Assembly (NCBI RefSeq): GCF_001194135.2
Contig: NC_068993.1
Span: 47,767,234 to 47,831,233, forward strand
Source: Octopus bimaculoides
Lineage: Eukaryota
DNA length: 64,000 nt
Direction: 5' to 3'
A program made the translations under genes and the position numbers. The notes beneath the pieces were generated by a model. It searched no databases and was not told the origin of the DNA. It saw nothing but the letters and a program-made list of their open reading frames with translations. This document shows positions 1-13,005 of this stretch, one piece after another (the first letter of the stretch is position 1; each line of letters begins with the position of its first letter).

Positions 1-46
<46 letters not shown>

Positions 47-48
47 CA
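1..48. repeat. (CA)n/(TA)n compound microsatellite
   Basis: Seen directly in the sequence. Confidence 0.95.
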
Positions 49-79
49 CTACGTTATATGACGGCGTATAATGCAACTG

Positions 80-153
80 GCTGTACAAGACGACCCCCAG
101 GATTTTCATTTAAAATGCGGGTTTTGAGGTATACGCGCTGTATAAGACTACCC
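80..153 (+). repeat. 17-bp imperfect direct repeat, possibly the subterminal region of a DNA transposon
   Basis: GCTGTACAAGACGACCC (80-96) and GCTGTATAAGACTACCC (137-153). The resemblance to pogo/Tigger-like ends is from memory only. Confidence 0.3.
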
Positions 154-524
154 AGAGATTTCGTGGGAAATAGCTCAAGCGCCGAACGTGCGATATTCAT
201 AGCGAAAGGGCTCGGGTGAGTTGCAGTTTCCCCAGCGACCCCAGAAGCTACTGCTTCTCTGGTTTTCCAATAATAGCATTCTAACTATGTTTCAATCAGT
301 AAAGTTTATATGCAACAATTCTGCAGTCTTGAGTGTTTAAAATTTATCCAGTGGCAAAATATTGTGAATTACCTACTATAATATACATCAAACGTAACCT
401 GGCTGATGTGCCGTAGTGACGTCACTATTTTACGGGCTCTAACATGGTGTAAAGTATACCATAATTGCACGATTTACTTGTAATGGATTTACAGATGTAC
501 TTATGGTATTACTATTTTACTTTT

Positions 525-731
525 AGTTTTTTTCAGTCATTTGACTGCGGTCATGCTAGAGCAACGTCTTTAGTCGAACAAATTGGCCTTAGGACTCATT
601 GTTTGTAAGCCTAGTACTTATTCTAACGGCCTATGTTGCCGAACCTCTAAATTATGGGGACGCAAACGTACCAGCATCAGTTGTCAAGCGACGGTACGGG
701 AGACAAACAGACACACTAACGCACACACACA

Positions 732-767
<36 letters not shown>

Positions 768-996
768 CACACACACANNNNNNNNNNNNNNNNNNNNNNN
801 NNNNNNNNNNNNNNNNNNNNNNNNNNNNNNNNNNNNNNNNNNNNNNNNNNNNNNNNNNNNNNNNNNNNNNNNNNNNNNNNNNNNNNNNNNNNNNNNTATA
901 TATATATAATGTATATAGGACAGGCTTCTTTCAGTTTCCGTCCACCAAATCCACTCACAAGGCTTTGGTCGGCCCAAGGATATAGTAGAAAATACT
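525..996 (-). mobile_element. tRNA/CORE-like SINE family A with internal microsatellite, truncated at its 5' (head) end
   Basis: The reverse complement of 905-996 aligns with 16490-16570. The reverse complement of 530-620 aligns with 16915-16990. The (CA)n/gap/(TA)n lies between the two parts, as in the 16.4-17.0 kb copy. Confidence 0.8.
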
Positions 997-1100
997 TATT
1001 ACCTCCGCCTTAGCGAAGGCGGAAATATTGTTTACTGTCGCATTTCTATGTTTGTTTGTCCGTGGTGAAGATATCTCAAGGATCGATCTGGTGTACTTAA
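996..1100 (+). mobile_element. Helentron/HINE-like non-autonomous element end
   Basis: Starts TTATTACCTCCGCC, then the perfect hairpin CCGCCTT-AGCG-AAGGCGG (1005-1022) and a TGTT-rich tract. It begins at a TT where SINE family A breaks off. TT target, subterminal palindrome and microsatellite are established Helentron/DINE-1 traits. Confidence 0.55.
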
Positions 1101-2089
1101 GAAAAGGACCTATCACGTTAAGAGAGCAAGAGATTCACCTAGGTAAACATCTGATGGTTGCTCGCCTTTGATACACTCGTAAAGCTCTCCCAGATCAAAC
1201 CGGTGAAAAATTCAAAATGTTATGGACTTTCTTAGTGGCAAGTGCATCGTGTTGCATTTTAAGACAGAAAGTTTAGATTCTTTTTGTGCAGTACGGAATG
1301 CCTCTTTAGAGCTTTCTGTCATCAGGAAAAAGTGAAGGAGAAAAAAGGAGACTTTCCAGCCGATGTCTAGGGATAATATCAAGAAATCTGTGTGCTGTCA
1401 GTGATGCTAGACAGGCATTGTCTATTTAGTATAAGTTTTCTACAGGCAGAGGAGTGATGTCAGCTGCACCTGCTTCAGAGGCAGGTCAGCCGACGAAAAC
1501 GTTCTAAACGCGACCGTTTATCGCCTAAGCATTACTGTCTTTGTGTAGTTATAGCGAAACACTTGCTATGAAGTGACGGATGAATTCGGCTATTCACTGA
1601 CACTATCCTGAAGATCACCTCCTTTTATTCTCTTGGTCATGAAGGGCAGGGATATTCTTGTTTCTGGTGGCTATGTCGATAGAGGTTGTTTGGTGGACAA
1701 CACTCATCAACGTTTTGAAGTTCCACTTGGAAAGAAAAGAGGAAGATTGTAAGTGGGGCACCCCACCAGCAAATATTTTGAAAAATGAATGAATGTAACG
1801 AGAATGAATCAAATGAATTGGTCCACTCTACGTATGCGCCCATTGGCTTAAAATTACAGACGAGAGAGAGGCGCTAGCAATGAAACTGTTTGTAAAGAGT
1901 GTGATTTGAGATCTGTGATATTCCTTCTTTGCCTTTGGGTGGCATTTCCACTGATGGGGAATATTTTTGTATAATTTACTAGTTAATTGTTGTTGTTTTT
2001 TTCATATATTTTTACAGGTGCTTATATAAATTCCCACTGCTTTTGTCGTTGTGTTGTTCTAAATGCTTTTGAAACCATACATAATACAT

Positions 2090-3760
2090 TCTACTGTTGC
2101 TACCACTACTACTACTACTTCTTTATCCCTTCTTTTTTTCTTATAGCTATAATTGATAGTAGCAGGAGGTGCAGAAGCAGCTGCAGTAGTAGTCGTAGCA
2201 GCAGCAAAACTAGTGGTAGTCACACGAATTTAGTTTCAAACTGTTTTATTGTTGCATTCCTTTTGATGGTATTATTTGACGAAAGAATAACAAAGAATCT
2301 AGTGTTGCCGCTGTGGTTGTTACGCCTGCTGTTGGTGTAGTTGTTTTAAATATTTTTGTTGATATCACCTATTTTCCGAACAAATTGGCGGTAGTTAGCA
2401 TAAATGTGTCAGCAGAATAACATATAAATCAACACCTTGAAGAAAAATGCGTTTGTTTACAAGAATATAAAAAAAATATTGTAAATATAATAAAAGTGAA
2501 ACAAAAAATTGTATTCCTATTTGCTATTTATTCTTATGTATTGATTGTTATTATTGAAGTTGTTGTTGTTGTTATTGCTATTGTTGCTGTTGCTGTTGTC
2601 GATTAGACCCTAGTTAATCTAGATCTTAGAGACACATGAATAAACATCTCCATTTCAGTAATGGAATACCCTCGAAATCCACTGGCCTTTATTTTGCCCT
2701 ATATTGCAACAGTAAGGCGATGAGCTGGCAAATTCATTTGCATGCACGTCGGCAACACTCTTTGGTGACATTTCTTCTGGTGCTTTACGTTATAAGTTCA
2801 AAATCCAACCGAAATCAACTTTGTTTTTTGTCCGTTCTGTGCTCATAAAATAAAATATCAGTCAAGTACTGGACTCGACATGCCCCCTCACAGAAAAACC
2901 CTTACTCTTGAAACCCACAAAGGAATTGTGACCCGTTGAGGGAAAATGATGTGACCTTGATCACTTATGCCCCATGGGAATCATGTAACAGGCTTTATGC
3001 CTCCTAGGGCTCGTGCAAAAGAGAAAATCAACAAGGAGACGTACAATGAAGGACATTTAGCTGCTATTTCTTGCATTTGGAATGAGCACTGATTGTCTTA
3101 TTGGCATCTCATTGTTGTCGATAAAGTTGGTGCTGTTCTTTAAGGAAAAATGGTGATGTCGATTCTGAGGCTGACGATGAGAGTGATAATGATGGCAACT
3201 TTGAAGTTGATGGTGTCAATGATGTTGATGATAAAGATAATGGCGATGATGTGGGTGATTGATGGTGATGGTGACGATGATTTATGTGTATGAGGTTGAT
3301 GGCTGTGGCGATGGTGTTTAAATAAATTGAAATATAAAATCCTCAAACACGACAGAAGACAAGTAGCAGTGTTGTTTACGGCATTTAGATAGCTTAATTG
3401 TTTCTGTTGGTAATTAAATTTGGGAATAAAAATTAAAGAAAATTTTACGCAGAGAATATAATAACACGAGCTGAATGGTGTGGGAAAATGCCAAGAGAAA
3501 GGATGTGTGAAAACAGAAAGAAAATGATGAAAAAATATATATATAACATAAATTCTTAGGATAAGAAATCGGAAAGAAAATAATAATATATGTAATAGAA
3601 GTTTTAACATAAACAATAAGTGGTTGAGACAAAAAAAAAACATGACAACGACGACAACGAAGACGACCACGACCACCATCATCATCATCATCCTCTTTAT
3701 CGTTGTCGTCATCATCGTCATCATCGTTGAGGACATCATATGACGCAGATAAAAGAATGA
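2090..3760. repeat. Degenerate trinucleotide low-complexity region (TAC, AGT, TTG, GAT, CAT)
   Basis: Seen directly. It explains ORFs 1987-2340, 3140-3790 and 3414-3794. Confidence 0.8.
2715..2900 (+). mobile_element. Degraded copy of tRNA-headed SINE family M
   Basis: AAGGCGATGAGCTGGCA...AAGTTCAAAATCC...CAGTCAAGTACTGG aligns with the cleaner copies at 10053-10470. Confidence 0.65.
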
Positions 3761-3901
3761 GACAGAGATAAGGTAGATATGTAAAAGCAAACAAGCAAAG
3801 TGTTGGAAAGATACGTCGTTAAGAATTTGTGATATTGTAAGAAAATTTGTGAATTTGTGATATTGTAACTCATTTCATAAACAAGTCTTTAGTTTTATCT
3901 G

Positions 3902-3905
<4 letters not shown>

Positions 3906-3946
<41 letters not shown>

Positions 3947-4086
3947 TTGTTAGTGTGCATGTATGTGTGCCTTTGTGTGTGTGAGTGTTGAACATATACA
4001 CAAACACGCTCACACAGTCAAACATAAATAAAAACGTCAATTCACTTTTACGATAACAATACAAGTTTACATACGTACATACATAC

Positions 4087-4142
<56 letters not shown>
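3906..4142. repeat. (TG)n and (CATA)n microsatellites
   Basis: Seen directly. Confidence 0.95.
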
Positions 4143-4145
<3 letters not shown>

Positions 4146-4974
4146 ACATATATGGATGCATACTGATACAAAATACGAATACTACCATTCACCACGTGAG
4201 GGATAACATACTGACCCATCCTCGGACATCTAGTCAAATATTTTACTGACCCGCAGAATTGAAAACGTCAGAATTTAGGCAAATATTAGAACACTAACAA
4301 AACGTGTAGGAAAAATTTTCGTAGGATTTGTATTCAGTTCAGATGGAATCTGAAATGCAGTTAATAGTACCCCCGAAAATGCAGCAATTAACACCAAAAT
4401 CCACACCAACATGCAACATTTTGTAGTGTGCACTGAGAAGCAGCAGAAACATATGTAGGTACCTGCAGACTAACTGCAGAATAAAACTGGATACATAAAT
4501 CCCTGCTTTCCTTAATTATATATTTATTTGTTGATGTGTTTTGATTGCGCTAAGCCATAGAGCTAGACCAATAAGATAAAACTTTATTAGATCTCCATAT
4601 ATTTCTAATTTTGCAGAAACATGCCAGATTAATATAGAGTTTAATATCGGCAGGCGGAGTGTGGAAGTTCACAGGTTCAATAACATCCATGGCCTTTTTA
4701 TCAACAGTCTGTTGCTATAGCCTCGAATCGAGCAAATCCACGAAGCAGGTAACTATAGCAGCCAGTTTTCTCAATCGTACCTCGTATTGTAAAGGTGCAG
4801 TCACATGGCACATAGTTTCTCGTTATTCTGTTCGTGTGAACACGTTAAATAATGCCATGTCTCTAGGATGCCCATTCACATAAATGCTAACTGAGGTGAT
4901 CTGTCATCTGCATCTCAACCTCGAACGACGAATGTCCAACACACACATAAATACATACATACAGTCATACATGC

Positions 4975-5032
<58 letters not shown>

Positions 5033-6161
5033 TCACATATATATGTATATATGTATGTATATGTGTATATGTGTGCGTGTGTATGTGTGTGTGTGCCTGT
5101 GTATGTGGGTTCGCTAGGGCTGTTGTCTTCTGATTCTGATATATATATATATCATTTTTTAAACACGAAACGTCTTGATAAGATTCTATATTCAAACGAA
5201 GAACGTACTATAATTTACTTTTCATGATGTATTTACTTTAAGTATGATAGGCAGATGACTATTTTAATATAACACTGAATCAGTTGCATATAATTAATTT
5301 ATATCTATATCTCTCTATCTATCTACCAATATATATATGTATATATACGGAAAGCGAGAGGGGCTATTTATGTACGTGCATAATAATAATAATAANNNNN
5401 NNNNNNNNNNNNNNNNNNNNNNNNNNNNNNNNNNNNNNNNNNNNNNNNNNNNNNNNNNNNNNNNNNNNNNNNNNNNNNNNNNNNNNNNNNNNNNNNNNNN
5501 NNNNNNNNNNNNNNNNNNNNNNNNNNNNNNNNNNNNNNNNNNNNNNNNNNNNNNNNNNNNNNNNNNNNNNNNNNNNNNNNNNNNNNNNNNNNNNNNNNNN
5601 NNNNNNNNNNNNNNNNNNNNNNNNNNNNNNNNNNNNNNNNNNNNNNNNNNNNNNNNNNNNNNNNNNNNNNNNNNNNNNNNNNNNNNNNNNNNNNNNNNNN
5701 NNNNNNNNNNNNNNNNNNNNNNNNNNNNNNNNNNNNNNNNNNNNNNNNNNNNNNNNNNNNNNNNNNNNNNNNNNNNNNNNNNNNNNNNNNNNNNNNNNNN
5801 NNNNNNNNNNNNNNNNNNNNNNNNNNNNNNNNNNNNNNNNNNNNNNNNNNNNNNNNNNNNCGGCGACGGGGTAATGGGTCATTGATGAAAATAAATCAAA
5901 TCTGAAATGAGCAATAAGCGCTGATATGACACCATCTCACTTGGCGTAGGAGAAAGCTTGTCTCCTTTTTCAATCCTTTGATTTTTATTTCTAGCAATGC
6001 TGGGGCTCACTAACACCCTCCATCATTTTCTGACGACTATACTCGCTGCCTTTCGGTTGTAAACTGCGAATAGCCACCTTTGATATTTATATATAAATGT
6101 GTGAATCTATATATATATATGTATATATACGGAAAGCGAGAGGGGCTATTTATGTACGTGC

Positions 6162-6225
<64 letters not shown>

Positions 6226-6425
6226 TAATAATAATAATGATAATAAAAATCCTTTGTAAAACAGACAATAGGCCTGAACGTATTTCGCAGAGTAGCGTTA
6301 AACGTTTACACCGGCCTAACTGCTCCTCTGGAACTTATTTCATCAATCCAGAGAAGATGAACGGGCATACCTTTGAACGCACAGCATAAACATTTTGTCC
6401 GATGTGCAAACGATCCTCTATTACA
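6162..6425 (-). mobile_element. Degraded SINE family M copy with long (ATT)n tail
   Basis: AATCCTTT...AGGCCTGAA and AAACATTTTGTCCGATGTGCAAACGAT match the reverse complement of family M. The (AAT)n at 6162-6245 is in the tail position. Confidence 0.6.
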
Positions 6426-7919
6426 AAACCTATTCAGGGCGTTAAAACTTATTTCCGTACCGGAATGTATTGCAATATTATATTTGCGCAAATACATACG
6501 GAAACGGCCGCTGAATATTCGCTCTTATATCGTGCCAGTGATTATCACTAATTAATACTGTTAATAATAAAAGCATAGACCATATTCTAAGGAAGAAAAA
6601 TACTTTTAGCAGAGAGCTTTCGTAATATTTGTACTGGTGATGCAATAGTAAAGTGTATTTATTCCAGAATAAAAGAGATTTAAAGTTACGCGATATAAAG
6701 CATCAGATATTCAACATGTTTTTAATTGCTGTATAGTATTATATAAGATGATATAATTGGTTATATCGGCAGACGTTTTGAATAGAATTATCTTGTACTT
6801 ATTGTATATATTTAAAATATATTTTATATTACTAAACTATGTTAACTATCTATATCACTATGTGTGTGTGTTTGTGCATATGCATGCATAAATGTATGTG
6901 CGTATACATATATATATATATATGTATGCGTGTGGGTGTGTGTGTGTGTGTGTGTATACACACACAAATATACATATAAACATATTAATCTGTGTTCATG
7001 ATTATTTATGTATATACAGATTTTACTATCTATCTATAAAATTATCTATTAGTTTTTTTTCTGTATCCATCTCTCTCCTTACGCCATCTTTACTCAATTT
7101 ATATCTGTGTGCATATGCATGCGTGTGTGTGTGTGTCTTTGTGTTTGTGTAGACATTTTACGATGGGAATTTGTCTGTTTTTTCTATCTGTCTTTGTGTA
7201 TGAGTAGATATATTGCGATGAGTGTTTACCTCTATGTGTTCGTGTGTATGTGTGTGTGTGTTTTGTATACATTCACTCCGATTTATTTTGTTATATATGA
7301 TTTATATGCATTATTGAAAAATATATCATGACTAACAAAATAATTAACAATAAAAAAAAGAAAAAGAATCAGGGAATATAAAATGTATATATGCGTGAGA
7401 GAAGGATTCATGTAGCGGAACTGATCTGGGAACACGCTATTGGGTTGTTGTTATTAGTAATATAAGAATTACATTACGTCTATTTTTAATTTTTCTTTCT
7501 GTTTCTTTTACGCTTTATATTGGGAAGATATATCGTGCGGGAGAGCGAAGCTTAAATTTGTTCATCCATGTAGAAATTTTATGAAATCAGGTACATAGCG
7601 TGTGAATTATAATGTAATATTTTTTTTTTATATTTCTTCTTCTTTTTTATTTTGGATAACGTTAAAGAATATTAGGTTCTGGGAACAATAAAGTGTTATT
7701 ACTAATAGGGATCATTATAGAGTGTTTGGCCGAGATTATCGTGAATGGCCGAGTGAATAGGTTAGAGAATACTTACAAACATACATGCATATATACATGC
7801 ACCCACACTCACGCTCTCTCTGACACCTGCACACGCACACACACACACACAAATGCATGTATACATGTATGTATATATATATATGTGTGGGTATATACAT
7901 ATATATATATATGTATATT

Positions 7920-7973
<54 letters not shown>

Positions 7974-7982
7974 ATAAGCGTG

Positions 7983-8023
<41 letters not shown>

Positions 8024-8188
8024 AGTATGTGCGTATGTGTATGAATGTGTTCCTGTGTATAACATAGATACACACATATTCATACATACATACTTAAATA
8101 TATATATACACACACATACAAAGTGCGGTCGAAATTTACTTACTGATGTTGGCCATTCACTGTATCTGTCAGTGGTCAGTAATACTCT

Positions 8189-8400
8189 AACGAGATGGTG
8201 CGGAAAAGTTACTGCCTTTAGGTAAAAGAAAATACGAGAATCATTTAGTTATGATTCTATTCAACATATTGCCCTCTGAGATTAACGCACTGATTTTAGC
8301 GTTCCTTCAGCCACCCTGTAAAAGATCTCTGAAGTGTCGGCCTCCAGTAAGGCCATTCGTGATACCCGTAAAGGCAGGAATCTTTCAGTACCCAGTCGTA
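8189..8400 (-). mobile_element. Mariner-derived MITE (copy 1)
   Basis: Imperfect TIRs CGAGATGGTGCGGAAAAGTTACTGCCTTT and AAAGGCAGGAATCTTTCAGTACCCAGTCGTA, with TA at the right end. Homologous in reverse orientation to 48115-48338. Confidence 0.8.
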
Positions 8401-8434
8401 TATAAGCAATGACAAGTACCAGAGGCCAACACGC

Positions 8435-10752
8435 TTCATTTAACTGTAGGTCAATTAAATAAGTACCAGTCACGCACTGGAGTCGATATAATTGACTTAA
8501 TCCCTTTGTCTGTCCTTGTTTGTCCCCTCTGATTGTAGCCTCCTAGTACGCAGTAAAGAATTAAGAAACGTTAGCACGCTGGGCGTAATGCTTAGCGGTA
8601 TTTCGTCTGTCTTTATGTTCTGAGTTCAGATTCCACTGATGTCGACTTTGACTTTCATCATTTCGGGGGTCGATAAATTAAGTAACAGTGCGTACTGGGG
8701 TCGATGTAATCGACTGACTCCTTCGCCCAAAATTTCGGGCCTTGTGTCTAGAGTTGAAAAGAATACTACCTGTTATATGACTAGTAACATAGGAAGTGTG
8801 ATTTAGCCACGATATGTAACATGAGGAAATATACAGATAACAACTACAATTTATCCTCTAAATGTTACATTTTTTAGTAGTATACAAAATAATGAAATGG
8901 ATACTAATTTCCAAAAGATAAATATTTATTGCTTTAAAATAAAGATTAATAAAACAAATTTCTCATATGAATGTTTTGAAAAAATATACATATATTTTCC
9001 AAAATTTTATCAAAATAACCACAGTAGCTACACTACATCGTCATCATTCATTTGTCTTAACATCGAAAACTTCTCTCTAAAAAATTTAATAAAAGAAGTT
9101 ATAAGTCATTTATCCTGCGCCTCTGAATTTAACTTTGTCTATGTATCTCTATTAAACTTTATTACCTCTCTCTATACAAGGTAAAGTAGGAATAGATAGA
9201 TAAATCAACCAAACAAACAACCAGCCAACCAGCTAATCAACCAATATCTTTATCGGCTATTAGAGATATTCTGTTTGACAGATTTGGGCAAAATAAACGT
9301 TTGAAAATTGAGATATTCTTAAGAGGACCAAGACAAAAACAAAGCACACAAATAACCCGAATATGATCCACCCATGACCATCTTGTCGAAGTACAGTAAA
9401 GCTAAGGTAGTCATGTTATATACTATTGCTGTTGCTGCCGATGTTCTTGTTGAGGTGGGCGGAGAGCTGACAAAGTCGTTAGCACACCGTCTTCATGTTC
9501 TGAGTTCAAATTCCGCCGAGTTCGACTTTGCCTTTCATCCTTTCGGGGTCGAAAAAGATGTACCAGTTGAGCATGGGAGTCGCGCCAAAATTCCTGACCA
9601 TACATCAAAATTTGAAAATGTTATCATTATAATCATTATTAATATTACTGTTGTTGTTTAAGATTATTGCAACGTGGATGGTCGGAACCTAGTTTGAGCT
9701 TCCTTCAGCAGTTATCAATAATTATCATTTATCAATAATTACCTTGGATTGTAAAGCGGCGTGTGGATAGAATCGTTTGCAGGCCGAGCAAAATGCTTAG
9801 CAGCATTTCGTCTGTCTTTACGTCGCGAGTTCAAATTCCGGCGAGGTCGACTTTGCCTTTCATCGTTTCGGTGTAGAGAAAATTAGTACTAGTCAAGTCC
9901 TGAGGTCGATTGTAATGGAGTTGTCCTCTCCCTAAAATTTCAGGTATTGTGCCTATTGAGTAAGAGGGTTGAGGCAATCGACTTCTCCCCTCCACCGATT
10001 TTGCTGATTTTGCACCAAAATTTGAAATCATTATTATTATAATCATTATTGTTAAAGTGGCGGGCTGGCAGAATCGTTAGCACGCTGGACGAAATGCTTA
10101 ACGTTATTTCAAATTCCACCTTGATCGACATTGCCTTTCATCCTTTTGGGATCGATATATTAATTACCAGTTGCGTACTGAAGTCGATCTAATAGACCGG
10201 CCCCCAATCCCCAAAATTTCAGGCCTTTTGCTTAGAGTAGAAAAGCATATTATTGTTAAGCCGGCAAGCTGGCAGAATCATTAGCACGCTGGACAAATGC
10301 GTAGCGGTATTTCGCCCGTCGCTGCATTCTGAAATGAAATTCCCCCGAGATCGAATTTGATTTTCATCCTTTCGTGGTCGATAAATTAGGAATCTGCTGA
10401 ATACTGAGGTCGATGTAATTGACTATCACCCTCCCACCAAATTTCAGGCTTTATGCCTATAGCAGAAAGGATTATTAATATTATTGTTGTTGTTGTTGTT
10501 AAGACTAATGGAACATCGGTGATTAAAACCTGGTTTCGGCTTCTTGTAACAGCTATGAATAGCTATCTGGTGGCATGCTGACAGAATCGTTAGGAGGCCC
10601 TGCGAAATGCTTAGTGGCATTTCATCCGACATTACGAGTTCAAACTACGCCGAAGTCAACCTTGATTTCATCTTTTCGTGGTCGATAAAATAGGTACCAG
10701 TCTACATAAACCCTCCATCGAACTTCTGGCACCTTGCGAAAATTTGAAACCA
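8435..10752 (+). mobile_element. Cluster of about seven co-oriented SINE family M copies
   Basis: Copies at about 8435-8560 (partial), 8563-8765, 9458-9620, 9753-9965, 10053-10246, 10257-10470 and 10568-10752. They share an A-box-like GCTGGCAGAATCGTTAG, a B-box-like GAGTTCAAATTCC and the core GTCGACTTTGCCTTTCATCCTTTCGGGGTCGATAAA. Confidence 0.9.
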
Positions 10753-10830
10753 ATACTACGTATCTTTCAATGTAGAAGAAAGAAATTAGCAGAATTGTCC
10801 AATTCTTAACATATTATTGTGTATGTATGT

Positions 10831-10863
<33 letters not shown>

Positions 10864-12974
10864 NNNNNNNNNNNNNNNNNNNNNNNNNNNNNNNNNNNNN
10901 NNNNNNNNNNNNNNNNNNNNNNNNNNNNNNNNNNNNNNNNNNNNNNNNNNNNNNNNNNNNNNNNNNNNNNNNNNNNNNNNNNNNNNNNNNNNNNNNNNNN
11001 NNNNNNNNNNNNNNNNNNNNNNNNNNNNNNNNNNNNNNNNNNNNNNNNNNNNNNNNNNNNNNNNNNNNNNNNNNNNNNNNNNNNNNNNNNNNNNNNNNNN
11101 NNNNNNNNNNNNNNNNNNNNNNNNNNNNNNNNNNNNNNNNNNNNNNNNNNNNNNNNNNNNNNNNNNNNNNNNNNNNNNNNNNNNNNNNNNNNNNNNNNNN
11201 NNNNNNNNNNNNNNNNNNNNNNNNNNNNNNNNNNNNNNNNNNNNNNNNNNNNNNNNNNNNNNNNNNNNTATATATATATATATATATGTACGTGCAAGCG
11301 TATATATTCTTGTGCAAATGTGTGCGCGTTCGTGTGTGTATTTGTGCATATTCGTGTGTGTCCGTGTGTGTGTGTGCTTATACTTCTTTTTTCCAATACT
11401 CTTACAAAGTGTTAATGATGCCTCAACTTACTTGTTCTGCAATATTTCTCCAATAATTGCCATCAAATCATATATTAACAGTATAACGATAATGGATGGT
11501 CAACGTTGTGGCAACATATTGCAGTGTTCTACACCGAACAAGCAAAATTAATTCTTCTCTTATATGTACTGTTATATTTAATTACAATTTACGAGGGAGC
11601 CTCTTTATGTTCAATCACCCTTGCAGAAATAGCAAGCAAGTCTAACTGCAATGCAAGTCTAACTCCGTTCCATATTACAACTAATCAGCATTGGCCATAA
11701 CTGGAATAAAACAGCATAGTAAACAACAAGAAATAGAAAAGCATCAGCGAAACATTTAAGGTCTTACGTGGTCACAGAGAACATTCTACAAGTGTATGCA
11801 TTGCATTCATACGACGGATATTGATCAAATAAGTAAAGTGGATGTATAGCTAATATTTAAGCCTGTAAGAAAATATCTTGCGGGTGGAAGTGTAAGATAT
11901 TACGCTTCATGGATCATACAGGAATAACGTGTGTGAGTGATTGACCTGCTAGATATTGCAGTCAAGTTATATTCATGTCACGCGTTAACGTCTTAAAGAA
12001 GATGAATTAAGATGGTAGATGAATTGAGATGGTAAAATATACAGGTTGGGTGAAAAATAAATTCAATACGTTTATTTATTTTATTGAATTTTAGAAAAAA
12101 TGAAGCAAAGCTTTGACAATTCCTCAATACGTTGTGGAATTATCAAAGACTAGCTTTTTATGGTTCTAAAATTTAATAAAACAAATAAAATAATGATAAA
12201 GAGAAATGTCCTTGTACATGATGAACAAATTGAAAGATAGTAATAATATGTAATATGCATAAAATATAAAATGATTTCGTGCGTGTCCCTTGGTCCTGCT
12301 TATATTTCTTCAAGTGTTTATTGTATCAAATCATATCTGATGCGAAACATACTTTTTTTTAATGGTGTACATTATTCTGTATTGCAAAATGTCTGTTCTA
12401 ACATACATGAACATATGATTTTACAGGAACTTTGGCTGTCAACTTTTGTGGTTGAGTGAAAGGATAATGACAGCCTGGTGGAATTTGGTAATTACTCTCA
12501 GCAACGAAGGACAGTAACGAAAATCAGCAACGAAAGGCAACGTAATAATGGTAAGAACGATGAAGTGTGTTGATGTAAGGGGATGATTGTGTATATAAAG
12601 GTCATGGATAGAATGGTAGTTACAGCAGTTGCATTGATGAGAAATATGATTAAAGAAAGATAATCAAGTAGCAGGTAATATGTACTATACTGTTCACGAT
12701 AGAGCTTCCTTGATTGATAATATGAGGAATGATGTCGAAGGAACATAAGGAGGCATATAAAGACATGTAATCGTATGGATACATATAAAACATTTGTGTA
12801 TAAATGTGTGTGTAGGTATAAGTGAGTGAAGGAGAGTGTGGGGGTCTGTTGGCATCTGTTGTACTTTATATTAAACGGCGTTAAAATAGCTATTGATGAA
12901 TTTCGCGGTTGATTGTGAAAGTTGTTTGAGTCAAGTAACATAGTTATATACATATATATACATATATGCATATC

Positions 12975-13005
<31 letters not shown>

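Noticed and set aside
4270-4465. Hydrophobic minus-strand frame TYICFCCFSVHTTKCCMLVWILVLIAAFSGVLLTAFQIPSELN... as a membrane-protein exon
   Set aside because: T/G-rich sequence yields hydrophobic residues by chance. No recognisable family and only weak splice context.
8435-10752. CRISPR-like repeat-spacer array
   Set aside because: The units are about 200-bp diverged SINEs with Pol III boxes and irregular spacing. The context is eukaryotic and there are no cas genes.
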